Shown here one piece after another: positions 1 to 9,700 of a stretch of DNA of 64,000 nucleotides. Numbering within the stretch: position 1 is the stretch's first letter; each line of letters begins with the position of its first letter. Below the pieces are notes generated by a model. The model did no database searches and had not been told where the DNA came from. It saw only the letters and a program-made list of their open reading frames with translations. Made by a program: the position numbers and the translations under genes. The stretch is from contig CAMDCO010000004.1 of NCBI GenBank assembly GCA_945890495.1, forward strand, positions 16,833-80,832, given 5' to 3'. This DNA is from Bordetella parapertussis (GTDB taxonomy: Bacteria; Pseudomonadota; Gammaproteobacteria; Burkholderiales; Thiobacillaceae).

Positions 1-273
1 AATGTGGCGCACCTCGTCATCATTACCGTGGTGCTGGATTTCTCCGGCTTGGTGCTGGCCGAGGCGGTGTTGTCCTATGTGGGTGCCGGGGTCGATCCGG
101 CCACGCCCAGCTTTGGCAACATGATCAACGCCGCACGCCTGGAACTGGCGCGCGAGCCGGTGGTGTGGTGGCCCCTGGCGACGGCGTTCGGCTTTTTGTT
201 TGCCCTGGTGCTGGCGGCCAATCTGTTTGCCGATGCGGTGCGCGCGGCGTTTGATCCGAGGGGCGCACGCTGA
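1..273 (+). CDS. ABC transporter permease, C-terminal fragment (DppC/OppC-type); 5' end outside the window
   Basis: Frame is open to the window edge. Hydrophobic tail ends ...NLFADAVRAAFDPRGAR, typical of binding-protein-dependent permeases. Its stop overlaps the next ATG (TGATG). Confidence 0.75.
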   Translation, partial: NVAHLVIITVVLDFSGLVLAEAVLSYVGAGVDPATPSFGNMINAARLELAREPVVWWPLATAFGFLFALVLAANLFADAVRAAFDPRGAR

Positions 274-2201
274 TGGTTGAGGCCGATTCCCTCTCCCCCA
301 ACCCCTCTCCCGGGGGGAGAGGGGAGTGCTTCGCCTTGCCATCCCACGATCTGAAAATCACCCCCAACCCCTCTCCTCGGGGGGGGGTGTGCAGCGCTGT
401 GCAGTTGCGCGATCTCGTGGTCCGTCTGCCGGATGGCCGTCGCGCGGTGGATGGCGTGTCGCTGGATTTGCAAGCGGGGCGCTGTTTGGTGGTGTTGGGC
501 GAGTCGGGTTGCGGAAAGTCGTTGACGGCGTTGTCGTTGATGCGTTTGCTGCCGGACGGGGTGGCGATTACGGGCGGCAGCGCGCAGATGTCCCTCTCCC
601 CCAACCCCTCCCCAGGGCGGGAGGAGGGGCGCCTTGACCTGTTTACGCTGCCGGAGAACCGGATGCGCGGCTTGCGCGGCGGGCGGGTCGCGATGGTGTT
701 TCAGGAGCCGATGAGCAGCCTTAATCCGGTGATGACGATCGCCGCGCAGATTAAGGAGGCGCTCTCGGCGCACGGCTCCCGACAAACGGTGGCGAGCCTT
801 TTGGCGGATGTGGGTCTGCAAACGCAACACGCCGATAGCTACCCATTCCAGTTGTCTGGCGGGCAGCGGCAGCGTGCCTTGATCGCCATGATGCTGGCGG
901 GTGAGCCGGAAATTCTGATCGCCGATGAGCCGACGACGGCGTTGGATGTGACCGTGCAGGCGCAGATCCTGCGACTGCTGCGCGACTTGCAACAACGCCG
1001 GCGTATGGCGTTGTTGTTGATTACGCATGATCTGGGAATCGCTCGCGAGATGGCGGATGAAGTCGCTGTTTTGTATGCGGGACAGGTGGTGGAACAGACA
1101 TCGGCTACGGCGTTGTTTGCCCATCGCGGACAGCACCCCTACACCCGCGCCCTGATGCAGGTTACGCCCAGCTTAGGCCGGCGCGGTCAGCCCTTGTTGA
1201 GTCTGCCGGGGTCGGTGCCGTTGGCGGGTGACTGGCCGCCTGGCTGCCGTTTTGCACCGCGTTGTGGCACTGTGCAGGCGCGTTGTACTGAGATTGAACC
1301 GCCGTTGGTGGCGGGTGTGCGTTGTTGGTTTCCGCCGTGTCAGGCCGCTTCGCCGCCATCATTTGCAGGAGATCCGCCCGCTGGCCGATGCATCGAAAAG
1401 GCCGCGCAGGGGACGGCGCTCCTACAGGTTGAAGATCTTTGTGTGCACTATCCTATCCGCCGTGGTCTGTTGCAACGCACCGCCGACTGGGTGCGGGCGG
1501 TGGAGGGTGTCAGCCTGAGTCTCAACCGGGGCGAAACCCTGGCGCTGGTGGGCGAATCGGGCTGTGGCAAGAGCAGTTTGGCGAGGGCCTTGTTGCGCTT
1601 GCAGCCGCAGGCGACGGTGCGGGGCCGGGTGCGCTTGAATGGCGAAGAGGTGCTGAACCTGCGCGGTGCGGCCTTGCACGCCCTGCGTAGTCGTGCCCAG
1701 ATTGTTTTTCAGGACCCGTTCTCATCGCTTGACCCGCGCATGCGGGTGGGGGATGCCTTGGAGGAGGGCTTGCTGGCCTTGCGACCGGAATGGGGGCCTG
1801 CCGCGCGCCGGCAACAGATTGAACGCCTGCTGGATCGAGTAGGGCTGGATGCGAGCGCTAGGCTGCGCTATCCACATGCCTTTTCCGGCGGTCAGCGCCA
1901 GCGCATTGCCATTGCCCGGGCGCTTTGTGTTGAACCGCAACTGTTGATTCTGGACGAACCGACCAGCGCGCTCGATGTCTCGGTACAGGCGCAGGTGCTG
2001 AGTCTGTTACGCGAACTGCAACAGGAGCGCGGGCTCGCCTATTTGTTTATCACCCACAATCTGCCGCTGGTGGGCTATTTTGCCGACCAGGTGGCGGTGA
2101 TGCAAGGGGGCAGGATTGTGGAGGCGGGGGCCGCTGAGGCGGTCATGACGGCACCGAGTCATCCCTATACGCAGGCCTTGATGGCCTCGGTACCTAGGTA
2201 A
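273..2201 (+). CDS. ABC transporter ATP-binding protein with two fused ATPase domains (oligo/dipeptide-type, YejF/GsiA-like)
   Basis: 642-aa ORF with two Walker A motifs (GESGCGKS twice), two signatures (LSGGQRQR, FSGGQRQR) and two Walker B motifs (ILIADEPT, LLILDEPT). Start uncertain: ATG 273, or in-frame GTG at 387/399. Confidence 0.9.
   Translation: MVEADSLSPNPSPGGRGECFALPSHDLKITPNPSPRGGVCSAVQLRDLVVRLPDGRRAVDGVSLDLQAGRCLVVLGESGCGKSLTALSLMRLLPDGVAITGGSAQMSLSPNPSPGREEGRLDLFTLPENRMRGLRGGRVAMVFQEPMSSLNPVMTIAAQIKEALSAHGSRQTVASLLADVGLQTQHADSYPFQLSGGQRQRALIAMMLAGEPEILIADEPTTALDVTVQAQILRLLRDLQQRRRMALLLITHDLGIAREMADEVAVLYAGQVVEQTSATALFAHRGQHPYTRALMQVTPSLGRRGQPLLSLPGSVPLAGDWPPGCRFAPRCGTVQARCTEIEPPLVAGVRCWFPPCQAASPPSFAGDPPAGRCIEKAAQGTALLQVEDLCVHYPIRRGLLQRTADWVRAVEGVSLSLNRGETLALVGESGCGKSSLARALLRLQPQATVRGRVRLNGEEVLNLRGAALHALRSRAQIVFQDPFSSLDPRMRVGDALEEGLLALRPEWGPAARRQQIERLLDRVGLDASARLRYPHAFSGGQRQRIAIARALCVEPQLLILDEPTSALDVSVQAQVLSLLRELQQERGLAYLFITHNLPLVGYFADQVAVMQGGRIVEAGAAEAVMTAPSHPYTQALMASVPR
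289..326 (+). repeat. Family-A palindromic GC-rich element (CCCTCTCCCCCAACCCCTCTCCC-loop-GGAGAGGGGAG)
   Basis: Hairpin CCCCTCTCC/GGAGAGGGG. The same element recurs at 591, 10439 and 22037. Reads as SLSPNPSPGGRGE if translated. Confidence 0.85.
361..387 (+). repeat. Family-A element, degenerate half copy
   Basis: CCCCCAACCCCTCTCC followed by a G-run. The left arm matches the other copies and the right arm is decayed. Confidence 0.6.
591..630 (+). repeat. Family-A element inserted in frame in ATPase domain 1
   Basis: TCCCTCTCCCCCAACCCCTCCCCAGGGCGGGAGGAGGGGC, translated as SLSPNPSPGREEG. It lies after the Walker A motif of the first ATPase domain. Confidence 0.8.
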
Positions 2202-2218
2202 GTCAGTACTCGATTGGG

Positions 2219-3451
2219 TTAAAGCGGCTGAGCACGCGAGCGTGAGGACGGCAAGCTGGCGCGCAGATCCGATTTCTTGTTGGACTTGGCCGGTTCGGCT
2301 TCGGGTTTCTGTGCCGGGACCAGTACCGTTTGCGATTCAGACAGAGTGCCCTTGCGGTTTGTCTGGACCACATTGTGATCACGCAGCCATTGCAGGGTAA
2401 CGCCGAAACGGTCGGCAATCTTGTTCAAGGTGTCGCCACTCTTCGGGGTATAGACCTTGAGCGAACTCTCGGTCTTGCCGGCTTGCTGCAGATTAAAGTG
2501 GAAGGCCTCGACCCGATCTGCCGGGATCAACATGGCGCTTGAGGTGACACCGCCGATAACATTGCGACGAAACCCCGGATTGAGCTGGATGAACTCGGGC
2601 ATGCTCATCTCAGCCAATTTGGCCGCCGTAGTGGCCGTCATGGGTTGTTTGAGATTGACCTGCATGAAATAGGCCTCGTTCTCGATCGGCTTCAATTGAA
2701 CATGGAAGCGCTCCGGTTCACGCACGATGTTGCGCAGGGCGATCAGCTTGGGTACATAGTGGCGCGTCTCGGTGGGTAGCGCCAGACTGGCGTAGTCTAG
2801 CGGTTTGCCCTTGCTGGCGTTCTTCTTGAGAACGCGCGCGACACAACCCTCACCGCAGTTGTAGGCGGCAAAGGCAAGGTCCCAGCGACCGAATTGGGCA
2901 TGCAACTTTTGCAGGTAATCGAGTGCGGCATCGGTCGCGGCCGTCACATCGCGGCGGCTGTCGACCCAGCCGTCTTGCTTCAGACCATAGAGACGGCCGG
3001 TGGAGGGGATGAATTGCCACATTCCGGCGGCGGCGCGCGGCGAGGTGGCGGCCGGGTTGTAGGAGGATTCAATGAAGGGCAGCAGAGCTGCTTCCATGGG
3101 CATGCCACGCCGCTCAACCTCTTCGACGACATGGTAGAGATAGGGGCGGCTACGCTCGGCTGTACGGGCCAGGTGTTCGGGGTGGCTGGCAAACCAGCGC
3201 TCATGGGTTCGCACTAGGGCGGGCGAAACCTCCTCCATCACGAATCCCTCACGGACGCGCGACCAGAGATCGGTTTCATTGGCCGGAGCGGGTAGGGTGG
3301 CTGAAGCCAGAATGGCAGGAACCTCGCGGCGCAGGGGTTCAGCAAAGGCCGTAGGCAGCAAAAATAACCCTGTCAGACATAGCCACAAGAAGGCTAGTAG
3401 ACGGGGTTTTGTGCTTTTCTCCCTGTGGCAAGAGGCCTTGGCTTCCTGCAT
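2219..3451 (-). CDS. mltD: Membrane-bound lytic murein transglycosylase, MltD-like (SLT domain plus C-terminal LysM)
   Basis: Signal/anchor LLAFLWLCLTGLFLLPTAFA. SLT motifs ESSYNP, GMWQF, AYNCGEG. LysM YTPKSGDTLNKIADRFGV. Start may be 3490 or 3451. Confidence 0.85.
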   Translation of the reverse strand: MQEAKASCHREKSTKPRLLAFLWLCLTGLFLLPTAFAEPLRREVPAILASATLPAPANETDLWSRVREGFVMEEVSPALVRTHERWFASHPEHLARTAERSRPYLYHVVEEVERRGMPMEAALLPFIESSYNPAATSPRAAAGMWQFIPSTGRLYGLKQDGWVDSRRDVTAATDAALDYLQKLHAQFGRWDLAFAAYNCGEGCVARVLKKNASKGKPLDYASLALPTETRHYVPKLIALRNIVREPERFHVQLKPIENEAYFMQVNLKQPMTATTAAKLAEMSMPEFIQLNPGFRRNVIGGVTSSAMLIPADRVEAFHFNLQQAGKTESSLKVYTPKSGDTLNKIADRFGVTLQWLRDHNVVQTNRKGTLSESQTVLVPAQKPEAEPAKSNKKSDLRASLPSSRSRAQPL

Positions 3452-3733
3452 CGGAATACATTTATACTTGATCAGCATGTCCGCAATCATAACCGGGCGT
3501 CATTTAAAAATCAAGTTATTCAATGGGTTCTGGCGGTGTCTTGTGGCGTGGGTGAGGTTTTAGGACACACCCCAATCTCTGGGTACATCGCGTGGCAATA
3601 CATGGCACGACGCGATCAGCTGGGTATAATCGGCGCGCGCAGCCTATGGGCTGCATGGATACATCACAGCCAAGATCGGTGTGACTGTCTTACAACGGAC
3701 TGTACGCAACGCGTACGCTAATGGATTTTTATC

Positions 3734-5623
3734 ATGCTAGAAGCTATTCGTGACCGTGCCCAAGGTTGGGTTGCCCGCGTCATTCTGGGCTTGGTCATCC
3801 TGACCTTTGCCATTTTCGGCGTTGACTCTTATATCAATGACCGATCTGCCGTGCTTGAAGTCGCCAAGGTGGGCGGTGATGGCATCAGCCTAGAAGACTT
3901 TCAAATGGCGTTACGCAACCAGAAGGATGCCATTGAAAGCAATGGCGAGGGTAAGGCAAACACCGAAGATCCCAAATTCCGTCAAGCGGTGCTGGACGAC
4001 TTGATTACCGCGCGCGTCATGGCCGCCGCTGCGCAGCAAAGTGGCATCAAGACCGATCCGCAGCGCGCGCTTAAATCCTTGGCCGAAATCCCGGCTTTTC
4101 AGGAGGGCGGGAAATTTTCACCGGCACGCCTAGATAGTTGGCTGCGCAACCGCGGCATGAGCCAGGCGCAATTGCTGGCCTTGCTGCAACAGGATGTCCA
4201 GTTGGGCCAACTGGAGGTGGGCCTGCGCGAAGGTGGCGTCATCGCCGAAGGCAGCATCAAGCCGCTGATCATGGCCTTGTCCGAACAGCGCGAGGTTAAC
4301 GAACAGGTCTTTGACGCCCGCCGATTCCAAGATCCTGGCAAGATCGATAACGCCGCGATCGAGGCCGAGTACAAGGCCCAGCGCGCCAAACTGGAGACAC
4401 CGGCGCAGGTGCGGGTGGAATATCTGGTGCTTTCCCTTGATAGCATCAAGGCTCAGGTCAAGGTCGATGAGGCTGCGGTCCGGCGCCATTACGACAGTAA
4501 TCTGTCACGCTACAGCGAGCCTGAGCAGCGTCGGGCCCGGCATATCCTGATAGCGGCCCGTGCGGATCAGCCAGCGGCCGAGCGAACCCAAGCCCGCCAG
4601 AAGGCCGAACAGGTGCTGGCTGAGGTGAAAAAGGCCCCGGCCCAATTTGCGGAATTGGCGCGTAAACACTCTCAAGACCCGGGTTCGGCCAGCAATGGCG
4701 GTGACTTGGGTTTCTTCACCCGTGACCGCATGGTCAAGGTCTTTGCTGACACGGCCTTTGCCTTGAAGAAGGGTGAGATCAGCGGCGTGGTCGAGAGTGA
4801 ATTTGGTTACCACATCATCGTGCTGGACGAGATCCGTGTGGCTCAGGCAAAGCCTTTCGAGCACTTGATGGCATCATTGACCGAGGAATGGCGCACGCAA
4901 GAGGCCCAGAAACGCTTTGCTGAGCAGGCTGATAAGTTCGCCAACCAAGTGTATGAGCAGGCAAATGGCCTGCAGGCCGTGGCCAAGGCCTACAGCCTGA
5001 CGGTGCAGACCTCGGGCTGGATCAGCCGCAATCAGGCAGAGCCAAGCTTTTTGGCGCATCCTGGTCTGATGGATGCGGTTTTCTCACCCGAGAGCCTGGC
5101 CAAGAAACAGAACACCGATGCGATCGAAGTGGCCCCTAATACCCTAGTGGCCGCCCGCCTTTTGGAGCACAAGCCCGCCGGTGTGCGTCCGCTGGCCGAG
5201 GTATCGGCGCAGATCCGTGAACAACTGGCCGGTCGTACGGCCTTGGTTGCCGCGCGCCGGGCCGGTGCCGAGGCCTTGGCGCAGGGTCAGACAGGCAAGG
5301 GAGCGGGGGCCTGGAGCGCGAACATGATGCTGACTCGTATGCAGTCGCTCAACCTGCCGCCGGAAGCGATCAAGGCTATTTTCAAGCAACCTACCAACCG
5401 CCTGCCAGTCATTGTGGGCGTCGAAACACAGGACGGTTATCGGCTCTACCGGATCAACCAGGTTCAGGCGGGCAACGCGGCTGAACAACATGCCGGCCGG
5501 ATCCGCGCCGATCTTCAGCGCATGCAGGCATCGAGTGAGATCAAGGCCTTTATTGCCGCCACCAAGGCGGACTTGGGCGTTTCCATTGACGAAAAGGCCC
5601 TTGGCAAGGCCGAGGCGCGCTAG
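3734..5623 (+). CDS. ppiD: Periplasmic chaperone / peptidyl-prolyl isomerase PpiD
   Basis: 629 aa. N-terminal TM anchor (VARVILGLVILTFAIFGV). Parvulin core ARHILI...GGDLGFF...FGYHII. Confidence 0.9.
   Translation: MLEAIRDRAQGWVARVILGLVILTFAIFGVDSYINDRSAVLEVAKVGGDGISLEDFQMALRNQKDAIESNGEGKANTEDPKFRQAVLDDLITARVMAAAAQQSGIKTDPQRALKSLAEIPAFQEGGKFSPARLDSWLRNRGMSQAQLLALLQQDVQLGQLEVGLREGGVIAEGSIKPLIMALSEQREVNEQVFDARRFQDPGKIDNAAIEAEYKAQRAKLETPAQVRVEYLVLSLDSIKAQVKVDEAAVRRHYDSNLSRYSEPEQRRARHILIAARADQPAAERTQARQKAEQVLAEVKKAPAQFAELARKHSQDPGSASNGGDLGFFTRDRMVKVFADTAFALKKGEISGVVESEFGYHIIVLDEIRVAQAKPFEHLMASLTEEWRTQEAQKRFAEQADKFANQVYEQANGLQAVAKAYSLTVQTSGWISRNQAEPSFLAHPGLMDAVFSPESLAKKQNTDAIEVAPNTLVAARLLEHKPAGVRPLAEVSAQIREQLAGRTALVAARRAGAEALAQGQTGKGAGAWSANMMLTRMQSLNLPPEAIKAIFKQPTNRLPVIVGVETQDGYRLYRINQVQAGNAAEQHAGRIRADLQRMQASSEIKAFIAATKADLGVSIDEKALGKAEAR
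5572..5623 (+). repeat. Direct repeat, left copy (functional 3' end of ppiD)
   Basis: This 52 bp recurs at 6165-6216 with 44/52 identity. Both copies encode LGVSIDEK[A/E]LGKAEAR-stop. Confidence 0.85.
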
Positions 5624-5662
5624 GGCGTTACGCTGGGATCCATCGCGAGATGGGTTCTGGTG

Positions 5663-5698
5663 TATTTCGGTGACAGTTTACTAAATACACCAAATTAT
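5663..5698. repeat. Terminal inverted repeat, left (REP-like)
   Basis: TATTTCGGTGACAGTTTACTAAATACACCAAATTAT is the reverse complement of 6125-6160 with 1 mismatch. It also folds on itself (GGTGTATTT/AAATACACC). Confidence 0.85.
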
Positions 5699-6108
5699 CA
5701 CCCCACCCCTTCGGGTCACGCTTCTGCGGTTTTAGCGTTTTGTTCGCCGGTACTTCAAGCCGCTCGACCCACGCCTCGCTCCCCAAAGCGGGTCCGCTTG
5801 CGAGGTGCCTTGAATGCGGCAGATTCGTGCGCGCACTCCCCCAGAAATGCCGAAAATCGCCATAGCGCTCCCGTGCTTGAGCAGGCTTGAGCAGCGCATC
5901 GTCGGACGCGCGTGGCGATGAGATGGACATGATTGGGCATCAAGCAATAGCACCAGATCTCTGTGTCCGCCTTGCTTGCCGCCTACCTCAGCAGATCCTT
6001 GTATCGCGCGTAATCGCCCTCTTCAAAGAACACACGCTCACGCCGATTCCCACGCTGGGTGACAGCGTGCGGGCAACCGGGAATCACAAGGCGAGGTAAT
6101 CGCGACAG
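5699..6108 (-). pseudogene. REP-associated tyrosine transposase (RAYT, IS200-like Y1 transposase) pseudogene
   Basis: The minus strand reads LPRLVIPGCPHAVTQRGNRRERVFFEEGDYARYKDLLR-stop, then CYCLMPNHVHLIATR. The C-terminal part is in another frame (EAWVERLEV...KPQKRDPKG). There is no ATG start. Confidence 0.75.
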
Positions 6109-6124
6109 GGTGCGGAGCGCACAA

Positions 6125-6160
6125 ATAATTTAGTGTATTTAGTAAACTGTCACCGAAATA
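6125..6160. repeat. Terminal inverted repeat, right (REP-like)
   Basis: Reverse complement of 5663-5698 (35/36). Confidence 0.85.
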
Positions 6161-6164
6161 TGGG

Positions 6165-6216
6165 CTTGGGCGTTTCTATCGACGAAAAGGAGCTCGGTAA
6201 GGCTGAAGCGCGCTAG
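6165..6216 (+). repeat. Direct repeat, right copy (orphan ppiD 3'-end copy)
   Basis: Encodes (M)GLGVSIDEKELGKAEAR-stop. Differences from the left copy are almost all third-codon positions. Confidence 0.85.
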
Positions 6217-6231
6217 ATTGGCTTAGTTTAA

Positions 6232-6663
6232 TTAACCACGCGTGTTGGAGTTGGCCGGAAACGGGCTGAGTTCAACGCGCGGGGCGGGCACCCAACCGGC
6301 CTTGTGGTGCTCGGCGACGACATTGGTAAAGATCCCGCCACGCACATAAAAGCGGGCCGTCAGACGCATGAAACGCGGTTCGGTCGCACGCACCAAGTCA
6401 TCGAGGATGCGGTTGGTGACATCCTCGTGAAAGTGCCCCTCGTCGCGAAACGACCACATGTAGAGCTTGAGACTCTTGAGTTCCACGCAGGCCTGATCGG
6501 CGATGTAGTCCAGGGTCAGGGTGGCGAAGTCGGGCTGGCCAGTCTTGGGGCACAGGCAGGTGAACTCCGGAATCTCCATGTGGATGTGGTAGTCCCGCTC
6601 GGGTTTCGGGTTCGGGAAGGTTTCAAGCGTTTTGCTGGGTAGGCTGGACATGGCAGGGCTCAA
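6232..6663 (-). CDS. queF: NADPH-dependent 7-cyano-7-deazaguanine (preQ0) reductase, type I
   Basis: Motifs [30 protein letters not shown]. About 140 aa. Alternative start at 6651. Confidence 0.9.
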   Translation of the reverse strand: MSPAMSSLPSKTLETFPNPKPERDYHIHMEIPEFTCLCPKTGQPDFATLTLDYIADQACVELKSLKLYMWSFRDEGHFHEDVTNRILDDLVRATEPRFMRLTARFYVRGGIFTNVVAEHHKAGWVPAPRVELSPFPANSNTRG

Positions 6664-6716
6664 TCACAAGGCTTAAGTTACAATTCGGCCGATTATACCT
6701 AGCCTGTGACTTCGCC

Positions 6717-9700
6717 TTGCGCCTCAAGCACATCCATCTGGCCGGATTCAAGTCCTTTGTGGATCCGGTCAGCATCCCGGCCCCCACGAATCTGACTGGC
6801 ATTGTCGGCCCGAACGGCTGTGGAAAATCCAATGTCATCGATGCCGTGCGCTGGGTCCTGGGCGAGTCCAAGGCCCGCGAACTGCGCGGCGAGACCTTGC
6901 AGGATGTCATCTTCAATGGCTCTGCGCAGCGCAAACCGGCGGCCCGTGCTGTCGTTGAACTCCTGTTTGATAACACCGATGGGCGTGCGCCCGGCCAATG
7001 GGCCTCGTATGCCGAGATCTCGGTCAAACGGGTGCTAACCCGCAACGGTGACTCCAGTTATTTCCTTAATAATGTCCATGTCCGACGCCGCGATGTCACC
7101 GATCTGATCTTGGGCACCGGCTTGGGTGGGGATGCCTACGCCATTATCGAACAGGGAACGATCTCGCGTCTCATCGAGGCGCGCCCGGAGGAGATGCGCG
7201 GCCATCTTGAAGAGGCCGCCGGGGTCTCCAAGTACCGTGAACGGCGGCGTGAGACGGAACATCGTCTGCGCGATACCCGCGAGAATCTGGATCGGGTCGA
7301 GGATATCCGTGGGGAACTGCGGCGTCAGATTGAGCGCCTCTCCGTGCAGGCCGAGGTGGCGCGGCGTTATTTCGACCTGCTGTCCCAGCGGCAGTGGCGC
7401 GAGGCGCAGCTCGCCTTGGTGCGGCGGCGTGATGCCCAGGTCGTACAGGCGCGGGTCTTAAGTGACCAGTCGCGGACCCGGATCGAGATGGAAGCGTGTG
7501 CGGCGGCCATTCACCAGGCTGAGCGCCAGGCCGAGGAGGAGCGGCAACGCCAGCATGAGGCCCTGAACCAACTTAATCAGACTCAAGCGGCCTATTACGC
7601 CGCCGGTGCAGAAGTGACTCGGCTAGAACAGACGATGGCGCACCTGCGTGAACAACGGCATCGGTTGGATAGGGATTTGCGCAGCATCGAGGAGCGCCAG
7701 TGCACCTTGTCGGCAGAGACCGCGACCGCTGACCAAGAACGCGAGGCTACGACACGGGCTCTGGCCGATGCCGAGTCCGAGATGGAGTCTTTGGAAGCGA
7801 CCTGGGCCGGACAACGATTGGCCCTCCCGGAGGCTGAGTCTGCTCTGCAGACTGCACGCGCGATCCATGCTGCCAGCCAGCGTCAACTGGCTGGCTTACA
7901 GCAGGACGAGGCCTTGGCTCGCAATCAGCGCGAACAGTCCATGCGGAACCTGCAGCAACTGGCGCAGCGTATGGAGCGTCTGACTCAGGAACTGGGCCGA
8001 CTGCTGCCGGTGGATGCCGTCGTCATTGAACGCCTTGAGACGGAGCAAGCGAACGCCGAGGCCGTCTTGAGTCAGACGGACAGAGATTTGCTGGCCGCCC
8101 GCGACGGGATCGAGGCGGCCGAACAGGCCTGGCGCACGGCCCATACTGATGTGACTGAGGCCCAGCGTGCCCTGCATCACTGTGAGGCGCAGCATGCCGC
8201 GTTGAGGCGCTTGCAACAGCAGAGTGAACAGTCTGAGGTGCAGACGGCGGACTGGCTGGCTCGTCATGCCTTGACCGGTTGCCCGCGTCTTTGGCAGGTC
8301 ATCGAAGTGGATCCGCGCTGGGAAACGGCCGTCGAGGCGGTTTTGGGTCCGCGTCTGGAGGCCTTAGCCGAGACCTTGAACGCCGATTGGCTGACGAATT
8401 TGCCCTTGGGTCGGCTGGATTTTCCGCTGGGCGGAGCAAAAGCATCCGTCACTGACCCATTGCCGGTCGGGTTGACACCGTTGGCCGGACAGGTGCGCTG
8501 TCGCGTGCCGGCGTTGCAGGCCTATCTCGACGCGGTGCTAGCGGGTGTCGGTTGTGCCGAGGATCTACCGTCTGCCTTGGCGCAGCATGCCGATCTGCCT
8601 TGGGCGGTTACCTTGGTGACCCCGGAGGGGCATAGTGTTAGCGCGCAAGGGGTGACGCTGAATGCCCTCGATCCGGCGCGGCAGGGGGTCTTGCGCCGGG
8701 CACGCGAGTTGGTTGAACTGAGCACAGACGAAACGCGTCTGCGGGCCGAGAATGAGGCCTGTCAGGCCACCTTGAAAGCGGCTGAAACTGGACGAAGCCA
8801 CGCTCGGTCTCGCCTTGATGTCGCCCAGCAGGCCCAGCGTACCGCTCAGACACAGGTTCACCAGACCCAGATCCGCCTCCTTCAGGCGCGTGAGGCCGCC
8901 CAGCGCAGTGCGGCGCGGCGAGCTCAGATCGAGCACGAGCAGGCCGAGATTACTCAGCAGCAAACGGATGAAACGGCTCGACGCACGGCGGCCGAGGCCC
9001 GATTAACCGATAACCGGACGGGTGTGCAAACGCTAGAGGCGCAGTTGCAGGAGCAGCGTCAGGATTTGCAACGCGCGGATGCGCAGCTCACGGCCCAGCG
9101 TACGGCCGAGCGCGAGGCTCAGCAGGCCTTTCAGTCTGGGCAAATGGCCTTGCACACACTAACCCTGCGCTTGGAACGCTACCTCTCCGAGGCCGAACGG
9201 CAGACCGGCGAGGGCGTTCAACTCGAGGCTCGCGCGACCCGCTTGCGCAGTGATCTGGCCAGCCTGGTTGAGGCGCCGCTAACAGCCACTTTGCAAACCG
9301 CCCTCGATGAGCGTAACCGGGCTGAGACGACCTTGGTGACGGCGCGTGAGGCCCTTGAGAATAGTCAACAGACGCTGCGTCGCCATGAACAGGCGCGGGT
9401 CCAGGCGGAACAGGCCCTTGAACCCTTGCGGACTCGGTTGCAGGCCCTGGAACTCAAACATCAGGAGGCCCACTTCAAGGAGGCCCAATTCGCTGAACAA
9501 CTGGCCCAGTATTTGCAGGAACTCTCCGGGGCGTGGGCCGGGTTTGATGAGACGGCCATGGCCGCCACCCTAGTGGCCGAGGACAAGGAGGCTCGCCTGA
9601 ACGGGGAGGTGATTCGTTTACACGGAGAGATTGAGTCACTCGGTGCCGTGAATATGGTGGCCCTGGCCGAACTGGATGCGGCCAGTGCCCGTCTGGGTTA

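Larger units (their letters stand above)
5624..6164 (-). mobile_element. Decayed REPtron: RAYT (REP-associated tyrosine transposase) pseudogene flanked by inverted REP-like hairpins
   Basis: The 541-bp insert lies between the two ppiD-tail copies. It has 36-bp terminal inverted repeats and an internal IS200/RAYT-like reading frame with a stop and frameshifts. Confidence 0.7.

Noticed and set aside
75-1136. Long antisense or alternative-frame ORFs in the track. Examples: 75..1136(-), 23412..24290(+), 25882..27297(+), 28678..29676(+), 32648..33856(+), 45080..45811(+), 57810..58913(+).
   Set aside because: They lie opposite or out of frame to genes with unmistakable conserved motifs. Their translations are Arg/Gly/Ala/Pro-rich low-complexity sequence, typical of shadow ORFs in high-GC DNA. 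They have no motifs or plausible start contexts.
3425-3721. 98-aa ORF in the mltD-ppiD spacer
   Set aside because: It has odd composition, no RBS or motifs, and overlaps the mltD 5' end and the likely ppiD promoter region (TATAAT at 3625-3630). It was treated as non-coding.
6664-6716. Possible preQ1 riboswitch upstream of queF
   Set aside because: Only 53 bp separate queF from smc. A TATAAT (minus strand, 6692-6697) leaves a leader of about 25-35 nt. No preQ1-type hairpin or A-rich tail pattern is visible.
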